64,000 nucleotides of DNA from Eledone cirrhosa (GCA_964016885.1 OZ024743.1:214210001-214274000); one strand, 5' to 3'. Positions 41,176 to 55,303 are shown, counted from the first letter of the stretch. Program-made: numbers and translations. The notes: generated by a model from the sequence alone, not told the origin.

Positions 41176-41386
41176 AATTAGAAATATCACCGTATTTTTT
41201 ACTAAATAAATTTTTAGCCCGATAGTGGCTTTAGAACCCTCAGAGAAATGGAAAACCAAAGATGTGGGTTCGACTCCCATGTACGTCAATACTCATCTTT
41301 TTCCATTTCTCTTAGGGTTCTAAACCACACTATCAGGCTAAAAATGTCTTTAGTCAAAAATACGGTGATAGCTTATATTTCTAATT
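41176..41386. mobile_element. Fold-back/MITE-like element with a tRNA T-arm/B-box motif in the loop
   Basis: ~80-bp arms (tcaccgtattttt...agagaaatggaaaa / ttttccatttctct...aaaaatacggtga); loop contains GTGGGTTCGACTCCCAT. Confidence 0.65.
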
Positions 41387-41420
41387 TCAAACTCGCTCAC
41401 TGTTTCAAAACATACTTACT

Positions 41421-41454
<34 letters not shown>

Positions 41455-41992
41455 GTGTGTGTGTATATATATACAGAGAGTGAGAGAGTGAGAGAGTGAG
41501 AGAGTGAAAGAGAGAGAGAAAGTGAGTGAGAGAGAGAGAGAGAGATGCATCCTACATGTTCTCCACTTCTTTCCCTATTTATCTGTATCAGTTTACCATT
41601 CTCACAATACTTGTCTTAAAGCTTCGCACTCTAGATTCCTCGACCGTTCTTTCTCATTTGTTTATATATACGTCGTTCCGTCAAATATTGTGATCTATTA
41701 TAGTTGAAGTATAATAGGAAGTATGATAGGAAATGATTCGATCAAGTCAGGAAATTATTACATGATAGTGATAATCATAACAATGTTACGCATCGATATA
41801 TGTATATCATTGGCAGTATCACTAAGAAAGTGTTTAAGCATATTATGGGTGTATATGAAAACATCTATATAGGTATGCTGTATTTTTATATACAACATAC
41901 TCGCAGCTTCGCTATCGCAGAAAAATAATTTTCTTTCTTACTGACACAAACGCACGCATACATTCATACACTCGCACACAACACATACACAT

Positions 41993-42053
<61 letters not shown>

Positions 42054-44002
42054 AACTGGCATCGCTTTGTTAATTTTCCTAAGTTTATTTTTACCAATCT
42101 TGGACAAACATGGTCCCTTCCCTCCCTAAGTAATTCTAATGGTTTATCGTTTAACATAATATTTTACTTTTTGTTTCCTTTTTCATTTATCTTTCTTTCC
42201 TTCCTTTGTTTCAGTCTCAAAAGACTACTGATGCTAGAAAAACATAATACCTTCTCCTAGTCGTCACATAAATTCCATGTGTACATGTTATGGCTTAATA
42301 GCTATACGCTATAGTTTTTTATTGGATTTTCCTCGAACGACAGTGCTTTGGCTTGTGTCAAAGCCTGTGACCCCGAGGGACAAGCAGTATCATCGATAAG
42401 GGTCAACACTACTCGAAGTCTATAGCAATTTCTGAAGACCTTTCGTTTGTATTTATATTTTCCAAAAACATATTTTTCGTTTTGCTTTCTTTTCGTTCGT
42501 TGTCTTAACTTTGTTAATTTTTCTTAGCTTATTATATATACTTTTCGGCAACTAACAAGACAGGAATACTATCACAACCTCAAGTTCATTACAGTTATGA
42601 TATAATTCCCGTTTTGTTAGTTTCTGACATGTGCCCTCTACTTACATACACACATCTGTTTGGCACACAATATAACGAAATGTAAAAAATGTAGTTGCAT
42701 GTCTCTGATTGTCGCCTTCAATTATGCCTTTCATCGTTCAGAGGTAAAGTACGAACATGTGTTTCAACCATGCTCGCTTATTTCATTTTATCAGCGCTTC
42801 ACTTACATCAATAAATGTAGTAATAAGTTAACTTAAGCATTGTATGCAATAGCTGAACAAATATAGATACATGTAGTATCATTCTTACACCTCTATATAC
42901 AATCTATTCAATGCAAGATTATATTTATATACACTAGCTAGTTTAACGTAGCTTATTAAGTTGGTTTTACATCAACGTGGAACCTGTGTTCATGTTATTT
43001 TAAAACTCATTCTATTTCGTGTTCTAGACACTAGATACGATGCAATTAATTCTGATACGTGACAACCGCCATAGAGTTTGCTTTCATAAATAGCATGCTG
43101 AACCCACGTTGTAATCATCTATATAGAGGAATATTCAATTATCTGTATCACAAATGCACAATGCAATATTGAAGCATTTAAGATTATTGTCTATTGGACA
43201 TTGTGATGGACATTGTGATTGTATAAGAACCATCAGTAACAATCCGAAATTATACCAAGAAAGTGATGTATCACAAAATAAATTGTTCTATCAAACTTCT
43301 ATTCATAATCAGTTTATACATATTTATTAACATATATCCCAGCAAATATTTATTTTTCATTTATACTAATTAGAAATTAGTATATTAATTATGATTGATT
43401 TTCGGTTTGTAACAGGATAGTTGCTCTCTATGATACAGGTCTGGGAAATGTATTCTATTAATAATAACATGAATATCCTTAGAGTGGGGAGGTTTCACGT
43501 GCTCCCTTCTCACACTTCTGTTAAAATACAATCATGGAAAGAACAAGAACATCAATTCCTTTGCAATTACATACATATCCATATACCATACCCATATGTA
43601 GTGGCGGGCTGGCAAGGATGCCAGGTTGCCCAATGGCAAGTGGGACCCAGCGGCCCACGATCGCATTGCAAGAGCCAACAGTAGCATTGCAGGGCCATCG
43701 TAGTATTAGTGGGCCAAGGCTTTGCTTTAAAAAAATAGCTGAAATCTAAAATAAAGAATAACATAAAAAATAATAATAAAGCAATTCAACGAAGCATTTG
43801 GTCAACAAATTACTAGAAACCAAAATATACGATATTGCAAATAGCTGGAATCAGTGGTTGTATATTCTACTAAATCTGAAGCTTAGTGTATTCATTCATG
43901 CACCAAAGATACATATATAGACAGACACACAAGCATATATATATAAGGCTCTGATACAATCAGCACCATAAACACAGAGCTGGCATATCTAAGAACTGAC
44001 TA

Positions 44003-44058
44003 ACTGCCTAATGAGGAAATAGCCCCACAATGGCTATCATCGAAATATATATAGCAGT
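44003..44058 (+). ncRNA. Hammerhead ribozyme with G5>A core mutation
   Basis: ACTGC-CTAATGA-ggaa-ATAGCC ccacaat GGCTAT-catc-GAAA-TATATA-TA-GCAGT, then AATAAA. Confidence 0.6.
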
Positions 44059-44146
44059 AAATAAAGGATTATGAGTTCATGCAATTGACTTATGTTTTCA
44101 CACCCCGCCCTCTCATCCCTCCCCCTTCTTTCACCCAACGCCCATC

Positions 44147-46972
44147 ATGGCCAACCTGAGATCCTTTCTCCACCAACTCCACAATCGCCTCAAACTTTTC
44201 CTCACCCCCCTCCTTCCACCCTGCTATCTCCCCTCCGCCCTTCAACTCTCCTACCTTCTCTTCGCCAAAACCCGGCACTCCAGCCACATCCATTTCCTCA
44301 GCCACTGCCTCCGCCTCCACCTTATCCCCCTCGGCTTCCGTCTACACTTCCACCCCTCCTCCGTTGCTTCCCCCTCCACGCAACGTATCCTCACCCGATC
44401 CTCACGCCTTCTGATGCGCAACTCCATCCGCGCCTCCCGTTCCACCCTCCGCCTACTTGACCACCAACTTACCCCCACCCTCCTCCGCCTTTAATCCACC
44501 TGCCACCCCCTCCTCGCCCAAGCCATCCTCTCCTTCATCCACAACCTCAATCACAACCTCTTCTCGTTCCTCAGCTCCACCAAAGCCCGCAAGCTAAACC
44601 CCCCCCCCCCCACACACACACACACATCCACCACCAACGCCCATCCCCATACGCCCACCACTCTCCACCTCTCCCCCGTCCCACACCCCTACCCAATATC
44701 CACCCTCCACCTCACCCATCACCACACCCTCCCTTCCCTCCCCAAACACCCAAACCCCACGCCGTGTTGTCACCATACCCCCTGACCCCCCCCCCTCTCC
44801 GCACCTGAGTGCTCACTCCTTAGTAGAGGCCTTCGCTTCATACCCCACACTCCGCTCAGCGACGAGTTCCGCACCCGAACGGAAGTCGAGCGATTCGTGC
44901 GACGCACTAAGCTACAGGCACATTTCAGCCGAACGCCACCGGCTCCGGACGCCCCAGATCCGTTTCTCGCCCTGGGCCGACGACCATCTTCTTGGACGCC
45001 GGCCCCAGGGCAATTTAGCACCCTGGACGCCTTAGTCGATGCCAGCCGTAGCGCAGTAAATCGTTTCGACTTCCGCCACCGTTCCAAACGGCACAACATC
45101 TCACGGGGCGAACTCCTCGTTCTCCGCTCCCTCCGTAGCCGAGATGACATCGTCATCAAACCGGCGGACAAGGGAGGCGCCGTGGTGGTATGGCGCGCGG
45201 ACCTCTACACAGCCGAAGCCCTCAGGCAGCTCTGTAACCCCCTCTTTTACCGCCCTCTACCCTCCGATCCCACCCCCCTCTACCAACAACAAGTCTCCTC
45301 CACCATCAAATACCTTATCGCCTCATCCCTTCTCCCCCCACCGCTTCCCACCTCATCGTCCGCACCCCCCGCACCCCCACCATCTACTTCCTCCCCAAAC
45401 TCCACAAACCCGACAACCCCGGCCGCCCCATCATCTCTGCTTGCAACTGCCCCACCGAACTCATCTTCGCCTTTCTAGACTCCCTCCTCGCCCCCCTTGT
45501 CACCACCCTCCCCTCCCACATCTCCGACACCAACCACGCCCTGCGCCTTTTCGACTCCTTCACCTACCTACCCGGCCCTCAGCCATTCCTCTTCACCCTA
45601 GACATCAAGTCCCTCTATACCGTCATCCCCCACGCCGACGGCCTTCGCGCCCTCAAACACTACCTCGACCTTCGCCCCTCCCCCATTCCCTCCACCCCCA
45701 CCCTCCATCGCCTCGCCGAGCTGGTCCTCACCCTAAATAGTTTCTCCTTCTCGGGTGAGTTTTACCAACAGGTCACGGGGGTAGCCATGGGCACAAGAAT
45801 GGGCCCGAACTATGCCAACCTTTTTGTTGGCCATGTTGAGGCCCAAATCTTTGCCCAGTACACCGGCCCCACGCCCGAACTGTACGGTCGTTACATTGAC
45901 GACTGTATCGGAGCCACGACCCTCACCCGAGTACAGCTCGACTCCTTTCTCTCCTTCTTCTGCTCCTTCCACCCCTCCCTCCACTTCACCACCTCTATCT
46001 CCACCACCCACGTCCATTTCTTGGACATCTCCGTCGCCTTCGACCCCTCCCACCACTCCCTCGTCACCTCCGCCTTCTTCAAACCCACCGACTCCCACTC
46101 TTACCTCGACTTCACCTCTTCCCACCCACCCACACTAAACTCTCCATTTCCTACTCCCAACTTCTCAGGATCCGCCGCCTCTGTAGCCGAGATGCTGACT
46201 TCGAGTCCCAGGCCCTTTCCCTAGTCAGCCATTTCATCCGCAGAGATTACCCCACCTCTCTCGTCTACACCGCTCTCACCCGCGCCCATGCTATCTCCCG
46301 CTCCACCACCCTCACCCCAGGCCACAGCACACCCACCGCCTCCCCTTCCCAATCACCTACCACCCCTCCACCACACCCCTCCACCACACCCCTCCACCGC
46401 ACCATCCGCCGCCTCTTCCGACGCCTCCACTCCAACCCCTCCACCTCCCACATCTTCCCAACCCCACCGCTCCGCTCCTTCAAACGCGCACGCAATCTCC
46501 GCACCCTCCTCGTCCACAGCTCCCTACCCCCCAACCCACGCTCCGTTTCCCCCCCGGTTCCTTCCCCTGTTCTAGGCCCCGCTGCAACACCTGTCCCCAC
46601 ATCACCAACACCACCACCTTCTAGGGTCCCAACGGCCACTCTCTCTCGGTCCAGCATGCCTTCCGCTGCACCTCCTCCAACCTAGTCTACGGACTTCGTT
46701 GCACGGAGTGCAGCGCGACTTATGTCGGACAGACGGGACGTCGCCTGGCGGACCGAGTCACGGAGCACCTCCGGGATATTCGTCTCGGGGGAAGTTCCCC
46801 CATCGCCCACCACTTTGGTGGCCCTGGACACTCCGCACGCCATATCACAGTCTGTGGCCTACTCCAGTGCCACGGAACACCCGCCCATCGCCTTACGGTC
46901 GAACAACGCACTATCTTCATCTTACAGACCCACACTCCCCCCGGCCTGAACTCCCCACCCTTATTCCTTTAG
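44147..46972 (+). pseudogene. PLE polyprotein: reverse transcriptase + Zn-finger linker + GIY-YIG endonuclease, frameshifted
   Basis: HIHFLSHC..IPLG, LLSRGLRFIP, IKPADKGGAVV, LPKLHK..PGRPIIS, LDIKSLYT, GVAMGTRMGPNYANLF, RYIDD, FLDI, KPTDSHSYL, CSRPRCNTC, CTSSNLVYGLRCTECSATYVGQTGR, PGLN. Confidence 0.93.
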
Positions 46973-47292
46973 CGTTCGACCGCCCCCTCCCCCCACACTT
47001 ATCCCCCACTAACACCACTAACACACCCCTCCTTTTTACCGCCCACCCCACACTAACAATACTAACACCTCAACTCCACCCCTCATCTGACCACCCTTCC
47101 CCAACTAACATACTAACATCCCTTCCCTCCCCTCTTCTCCTCCTCCCCCCTCCTTATCACACGCACCCACTTACACCACCCACCCCACACGCAACTAACA
47201 TCACTAAAACCCTCCAACCCCACGCACACGTACCCACACACCCTCGTACACCACCAACTCTACACACCCTACCCCCACTAACACCCCTACTA

Positions 47293-47331
<39 letters not shown>

Positions 47332-48173
47332 CCTCACTCCCACTCTCACACCTACCCATCCTCGCCTCCCTACCATTCCGCCGCTGCTGCTATGCCCTTC
47401 CGACCACCTCTCAGCACCAACTGACCACAGCACTCCCACTGCTGACCACTTCCTTTTGCGCGCGCACCCCACCTCTCTCCTCTTCCGACCACCACTTCTT
47501 GGATTACCCACACGCGAAATTGACTTCTAACCAAAATCTCCAAACATCCGTGGAACTTACCAACTTTTCAACCATCCTTTTACACCATCACCTATATAAC
47601 TCACCCACACACAGACCCCAACAACATTTTTTTTATCCACACCCCACCCACACCCACACCCACAACACGTTTAAACCACACACACGTGCTTCCCACCACA
47701 TATTTACACCCTCAGCCTCCTGATTCCTCTCCCCCCACCCCCTATCCACACACGCACAGACACTCCGACCCACAAAAACACCCCCCCCACACACACCTTC
47801 CTGAACATGCAACCCCGTTCTTCCCCCAACCCTCACTTTCACATACACACACACACGCACACCTAACCACACACACCACCTTCAGCCCTCCCCGCTCGGA
47901 CACCCCATCTCCCTCTCCCCACTCCACCCGCCACGACCCCCACTCACCCCACACCCTTCCACCACCTGTTTACCCCCCTTTTAATTTCAGTTTATTTTGA
48001 TCATGTCTTTATTTTTAAATTTTCTCATTCCTTGTATTTAGATCATGCTTTATTTTTATTTATTATATTTTTTGTCTTTATTTGTTAATTTTTCATTCGC
48101 ACCGTTTCCTTTCGCTATATGTCTCTCCACCACTCCCCTACACACCTTTTGAACTCTGTTCCCACACACTTCC

Positions 48174-48207
48174 AACCTGAAGAAGGGCTTATGCCCGAAA
48201 CGTCGTC
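48174..48207 (+). ncRNA. Minimal type I hammerhead ribozyme in PLE 3' terminal repeat
   Basis: AC-CTGAAGA-A-GGGC ttat GCCC-GAAA-CG-TC-GT; ACGT palindrome at stem III. Confidence 0.8.
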
Positions 48208-48370
48208 CCCCACCTACCCCCCACTCTCCTGAGCGTGAATTTAATAAACATTTATCGTACTGCCTCTCTGTTCTGTCCCTGTTCAATTTTCATTATATAT
48301 ATAGATAGATACACACACACACATGCGCACACACACGCACACACACACACACACATACACACACACACGA

Positions 48371-48415
<45 letters not shown>

Positions 48416-48827
48416 ACCAAAGATTAATATGGTTCGTTGATTACTCAACTGCCAATTCTGGAATTGAATAATCAAAACCGTAACTGTATGTCACATATCA
48501 AATCATATATTTTGTCTGATGAATAATGTACTTAAACACCATTGTACCTTTGAAATATGTATAATAAAATATATATTTTGATTATGAGAATAATTTTCTT
48601 TTATTAACCTTTTGAATAATTTATATATATATATATATATATTGAGTGAGTGTGAAAGACCAAAGGCCGTTATGGAAAGTCACTGGATTTCGCAAAATAC
48701 ATAATATATTTTGTTGGAGAAGGTAAGACATCTGGCCGCAAAAATTTAATTGCAGTTTTGTTTTGAAAAATGTTATTTTTATAAAAATTTATTTTCTGGC
48801 AATCAATATTTTAGACCTAGTCCACCG

Positions 48828-48896
<69 letters not shown>

Positions 48897-48899
<3 letters not shown>

Positions 48900-49087
48900 C
48901 GAAGGAAATGTGGTAAGGAACCAAGTGGACCATAACGCACCAAAGTACTCAATACTTAGGGTAGTAGAGTGGGTAATAGGAACAAATAAGACCCCGACGG
49001 CTGAGCTCAAGCCGTTTGGACGGCTAATTCTGGAATTAGCCCTCGAAACGGCTTGAGCTCAGCCGTCGGGGTCTTATTTGTTCCTAT
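48897..49087. repeat. 12122-family repeat (minus) folding back into a ~110-bp palindrome
   Basis: aggaacaaataagaccccgacggctgagctcaagccgttt...aaacggcttgagctcagccgtcggggtcttatttgttcct; between (TA)n tracts. Confidence 0.9.
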
Positions 49088-49342
49088 ATATATATATATA
49101 TATATATAATTCCAATCATTGTAAATGTGAATCTAACTGACATGCAAAAACATACATAAGAATAAAGTAAGTCAAATCATAGTAGATTCAAATATCACAG
49201 AGAGAAAGAGAGAGGGGCGGATTAGGTGCAACAGAAATGAAACATGGATTACAGGTTGAAAGATAATCTAGATAGATGTGAAACAAAATGACGATGTAGT
49301 TTATGGAACACCCACGTGATTTAGAAGTCGGAGCAATAACAT

Positions 49343-49740
49343 TAAGAAAGACATGGACTACACCACAACACATTGTTTTGAAAATTTTGAAATTAGGTTT
49401 ATAAGTATGAATTTTCATGAGATTTTCGTAGTTGTCTCTGTGGCCTAACGCTAGGTACTAGAGACGGTGGAGATCCTGAACTTCTGTTCAATCCTGGTCA
49501 AGAGATACACGTAACCTTTTTCAGTTTTTATTCTACAACCAATAGAAAAGAAAATGGAAAAGGTTTACCGGGAATCCTACTTCTGACCAGCATCGAATTT
49601 CAGACCTGGATCGCCACCGTCTATGTTTCCTCCAAGTCGAACGCTGAGACGGTTACAAAAGTATAACGAAATTGGATAATTATAAACCTCCTTTCAAAGT
49701 CTAAGTTAAAAAGATGTGGTGTCGTTCACGGCTTTCCTAG
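49343..49740. repeat. Old imperfect inverted repeat with tRNA-like segments in the arms
   Basis: agacggtggagatcc / ggatcgccaccgtct; actacaccaca / tgtggtgtcgt; left arm has TGGCCTAACG and GTTCAATCC. Confidence 0.65.
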
Positions 49741-49970
49741 AGCTATTAGTAATATTTAGGGTCGACTTCTGGTCATTATTGAAATTCTCTGGATTTCGCA
49801 AAATACATAATACACTTATGTATTTTTCGAAAATGTTATTTATTTATTATAAAAATTAAATGCTAGCATTCTATATATAGGTGGGCCGCCTTCATCTGGC
49901 AACCAATATTTTTAGACACAGTGCCCACTGCATAAACGAACACGCAGGGATCTGTCTCCCCACTCCTCCC

Positions 49971-50096
<126 letters not shown>

Positions 50097-51131
50097 TGTC
50101 TGTTTTTGAGCATTTATAAATTTATATATATAATTTTACATAGTTGTTTGATTATATATTTCTGCTACGCAACCGCTTATACATTTTATACAGCACCGAA
50201 CAAAACAGTAATTACATGATATACTATGTGAATATAATGATATATAATACAAGTTAATTTGACTGTTTTAAAATTAGATATTAAATATCGCATTATATGT
50301 ATATTTTATTTGGTATTTTTTATTTATAAACTTGTTTGGCAAATTACTGGTAATAAAATGTCTTCTAATTATGAGGTATGCAAGCTTCGGTGAATAGTTA
50401 AATACTGATTTACGTCTAGAGTTTCTAAGACGTTATATTTTCAACGCCTAAAAACATTAAACTAAATTACAATAATTATTCAATCTAGTTTAAATTTTAT
50501 CGCAGTGTATCAACAGTTGATTGCACGAAGAATATTTTTGATATATAATAAAAATACGTTCTATTCTTTATATTCTAAATTATATCACATTTAATTATAA
50601 CTTCTTGACGATAACATTGTTGTCACATTCCAAATTACAGAATACACAGTCACACATTCATAAGTTACACTCACACACACACATATGTATAATATGGGAC
50701 AGACTTGTTATAAATATTCAAGGATTAGAGCTCTCAATCTGTGGAGGAATTATGTTTAATCAGTTGCAACTCTTTCAGTTTTCTATATCGTAATGAAATA
50801 TTTCCCGGGGGATTCTTGATAGTGTACAATAGTTTTAAGGGCTAGGGGCCCTGGAAATTCTAAATAGTTAAATAAATAAATTATGGGAAAACTTATATAC
50901 GTAAGATACCATTCTTACATTACGACATTGATAGAATCGATTCCTAGTGTTACATTGTATCTTGGGGCAAGAAAATATATTTGAAGCTGCCACAGTGAAC
51001 CCAGATGACAAACATGAGGGGAAATTATATTTCAAAGGCAAAGGCTTGTTATGCACTTTGTCACGCTGAATTTACGTGGGAATGAAGTCTATAGAACATT
51101 GAAATGTTAAAATAATTTAGTATATATATAT

Positions 51132-51273
51132 AATGGTTTCTTATATAGGCATAAGACCAGCAATTATGGGAGAGGGAAAGTCGATTACATCGACACCCAG
51201 TGCGTGACTGGTAGTTTATTTTATCGACCGCGTAAGGATGAAAGCCAAAGTTAACCTCGGCGGGATTTGAACT
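51132..51273 (-). mobile_element. 5'-truncated tRNA-SINE
   Basis: ttatcgaccgcgtaaggatgaaagccaaagttaacctcggcgggatttgaact. Confidence 0.85.
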
Positions 51274-52332
51274 TATTTATATATAATATCACCTCTACAA
51301 TGTGTGAATATGTAACATGTGGTGTGGTGAATTATATAATTACATGTGTATATGGAATGTTGATTCAATCACATGTTAATTTACCGAGCAGGCTGTATAG
51401 TTGTTCGAACAGCTGAAACAGATATCTTAAGAAACGACGAAGGTCCAACTCTGTGGTTATTTCAATCCTATAGCTGTATAAATGTTTCGATCAGATTATT
51501 TGCTAGAGAGCTGCCTGAGAATTATATTTATCTTATCTTCCATTTATTATTTCTATCAGTATTTTATTGGATACACTTCCTTCGGAACTGCTGATTATGC
51601 TGCCATCTCACTTGAGCAATATTGTTAGAACTGTCAGTCCACACTATTCCATAAAATGTGCATCTTATTTCGACGCTGTCACAATTATCAATTCACAGCA
51701 TTCTTCATTGTGATAGCTTTCTAAGAATGGTTTCCTTTCCAAAATGTTTCCTACTAGAATGCGGATGTATTTCCTGCATTGAACTAGTCAAAGATTTACT
51801 ATAAGAATCCTGTATTTTACAATAGGAGAGAGTCTTTCCTGAGCAAAAATGTTCTCAATGTAAATGGCGAAATCATTCAAATGCTGCTACTTGCCGGAAG
51901 TAATATACATTTGCGGAGCAAAATATTCGTTCATTTCCCAATTGCTAAATAGTAAACAATTTTTCTTTTACTATAAAGGGCATATTATTCAAAGTGCTTA
52001 CTAATAATATATCCACCACCATCACCACCACTACTACTATTACTACTACTACTACTACTAATAATAATAATAATAATAAAGATTTCATTTATTGGCCACA
52101 AGGGCCGACATATAGGGGAAAATACAAAAGACTGGGACAGTGTGGTTTTACAGAAAAATCGAGTAAACTATGAATAACAATAACAAAGTAACAAGAAAAA
52201 TACAACAAGAAAAATTCCCCAATAGGGGGGATGACCCCCCAGGGTTCACTCATGTACCCCACCAATCCTGAACGACCCGACGCTTCGAGAGCACCCTGGA
52301 AAAGCACCCCTCTCCTCCTCAAATTTACCCAC

Positions 52333-55303
52333 CTACAGCCACATGAACCAAGTAGGCCCACTCACACGGGCCATTCTCGCCACATTCACCCACCTTTCAA
52401 CAAATGTACTGGGGGGAAGCACTTATCTCTCCACCCTCACCTTCCTTTCCAAGTGAAACTTGAAAAAGTTGATGAGGGATTGGCCGAAGAGAAAAGTGTC
52501 TGTCTTCAGTCCTTTCAACCTCGTCCACCATACAACCTCTTTCACTACTGCCACCAGACAGAGGAAAATTGCCTGCCCGTCCTGGCCAAAAGAAGACGAC
52601 AGGTAGATCTTAACTATGGACTCGGCCGATAGCCAGATCCGTTCTACACGCGAAAACAGCTATTCGACATAACTCCACAAGTAAGTAATGCACGGACACT
52701 GGACGAGTGCGTACAAAACGGTTTCGTCGCTCTGCGCGCATCTCGGGCAGGTCCGTCTGACAGCACATCCGTGCCTGTAGAGTTTATCTCGAACCGGCAG
52801 TGCCCCCCCCCCCCCGGTAGCACTGCCAAGCGAGGGATTTTTGGAAATTGTCCATCGTCCCCGGCTCGAAAGTCCACCGGAACAGAGTGGTTAGTTCGAC
52901 TCCATCGACTCCCAGAGCCTCTCCGAGTGCGTCGTCGCACTTGCCCACCACTAATCCTCTATAGAATTCGAGAGTGGAAGTTCCACTGACCGCATTGCCC
53001 GCCTGGTAGAGGGAGTGAGTGCCTGACAACATTCCAGATGCCAGTCACCCAGTCTCGGTCACTTCGCGACCCAGGACTGCAGCTCAGTCAAAGAAACGAG
53101 CTGTGGAAAGGCCCGTCTGACAAACGGCGACCACACTTGTTCCCCGTTTAGGCAGAATATCTGGAGATGCTGCAGCCTCAGCGCGTGTCTGCGCATCATT
53201 AGCCACGGCATGCCCAGCCCTCCACGTAGAGGGTGCTGGCAGCAGAGGGGCCGCCTCACCAGCGGAACCTGACCCCTCCACAAGAATTTGAAGAGAAGCC
53301 GCTCCAAGATGGCGAGGCGCGAACCGGTGGCAAGGGACGACAGTCAGACGGTAGTAGAATGCGGACGCGATGTACGCGTTCGCCACCTCCACCCGACCTT
53401 TCAGTGATAGCTTTCTCCCAGCCCATTTCTGGGTGAAACTGGCTACCGTGCCCGTCACCTCGTCCCAATTCTTATCCACCTGGAGGTCTGGCCCGAACCA
53501 AACCCCGAGCAACTTTACCGGTCCGTCCGTCCAACGCCTAACGACGCGGTTGGACGGCATGGACTTGCCTCTCCAGGTGCCGAGTTGCAAGCCCACCGAC
53601 TTTTCCGGGTTAAGTTTTGCTCCCCTCAACCTTTTATATTCCTCCAATAAGTTGCCGACCATCTCGATATCTGAGGTGTCCGACACCATCACGGTGATGT
53701 CATCCGCTTATGCGGACACAGCCTTTCCGCGTCCCGGTTCGATCGGGATGCCCTGCAACAGCTCCAGCTTCCGCAGTAAAGGCTCGTGAGTCAATACGTA
53801 CAGGAGGGAGGAGAGAGGACACCGTTGACAGACCGATAGGGAGACCTGAAAGGGTTCAGAAAGGTGGCCTTTAATTTTGACCACCGAGCATGTACCGCTG
53901 TGTATTGCAGCAATCCAGCTTCTGAAGGCGAGGCCGAAGCCAGCCGCCTTGAGGACAGCCTCCAGGTACCGATGGTCGACCCTATCGAATGCTTTCGATT
54001 GATCTAAATTGATCAGAGCCTCACCGAAGCCAGGTTTACACCCTGCACTCTCTATGATGTATCGCATTAGGTGGGGTTGTCGTATATGGACCTGGTTGGG
54101 ATTGCGCAAGTTTGCGCCTCCCCAACCAAATCCCCGACGACAAAATCCCCTGGTCAAAATCTTAAACTCTGTGAAATTGTCTAATGTGTTCCTCTTGTTC
54201 TCGTCTTTCATTATCAGCGTCAATACGCCCCGGCTCACAGAATTGAGAATACTCCCATTAGCTCTGACAATGCAACCTTCGTGTTTCGCATTGAAGAAAT
54301 TGTCTAATGCCATTCTGGCCGCTAGCACGTCAGTTGCAATGCCACTACAAATAGCCTCGTTTAACTTATCTACCAACTCCCCCTACTTTCTATTCTTCTC
54401 TAACGCTACTTCTTTGCTAAACTCTATCGACATTACTTTAATCTCTCTTTTGAGAGCCCCCCACCATCTATTGTTGACGACTTCCCCTGTCAACTTTTTC
54501 TTAACTAAATTGTTGACCTGGTCCCTGTTAGCCTTACGTGCCAGAAATGACATGTTTAGCTTCCAGAAACCAGGTCCTAACCTACGCGTCTTATCTAGGT
54601 CGACCATACAGATCACAAATTTGTGATCTGATTAGGCGACCGTTTTAAAACGTGGACAGCTTACACTATTTCTGTCTATTTTCCTAATGAATAACCTGTC
54701 TATATACGATCTAGATGACCCTATGCGGTTAGTCCAGGTCTACACAGGCGCATTAGGGAAATCTAATCGGTACATGTCAGATAGTTGGAACTGGCTAATC
54801 AGATTCTTGAGGCTTTTGCCCCTCCCGCTCCTGTCGGATATTCCCACACAATCCCAGTGTGCGTCTAAGATGCCGTTCCAGTCCCCCGCTAACAGTAAAG
54901 GGCGAGACGTACCCAGAAAGGCTTCCAAGCGTCTAAAGAAGTCCGGCCGTCCTGCCCCAGTAGGAGCATAGACGGCCATCAGTCTAAAGGCACCACCTTC
55001 GTTATTGTTCACGTCCAGGACCACCAACTTCCCGTCCGGGTCCCGGAAGATCGACCTTACCTCGAGATCCAGGCCTTTCCTAAACAGCACTGCCATCCCG
55101 CCTCCCATTCCCGACCGGTTAACAGATGCAAAGATCTGATAGTCATCGAAAATGGGGGCTAGTGCGCGCGTGTCTGAAATCCAGGTCTCGCTGACGGCAA
55201 TTACATCCATTTCTAGAGACCTGAGGTCGTTGAGCAGGTGACCCTGCTTCCAGCACGATCCCAGGCCTCGAACATTTAAACTTCATACTCTTAATACGGC
55301 CAT
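52333..55303 (-). pseudogene. LINE ORF2 (APE endonuclease, RT, C-terminal region), copy A
   Basis: SLNVRGL, IAVSET, AVYAP, AGDWN, GPGFWKLN, LINLDQSKAFDRVDH, QRCPLS, LLGVWFG, KLSLKGR, GGLGMP. Confidence 0.92.

Larger units (their letters stand above)
44092..48290 (+). mobile_element. Near-full-length Penelope-like element (Neptune-type), C-rich
   Basis: Sharp compositional boundaries; one disrupted RT + GIY-YIG ORF; long 3' UTR with HHR and AATAAA at 48243. Confidence 0.93.

Noticed and set aside
46699-48000. Pro/His/Thr-rich ORFs up to 241 aa
   Set aside because: Off-frame readings of the C-rich PLE endonuclease region and 3' UTR
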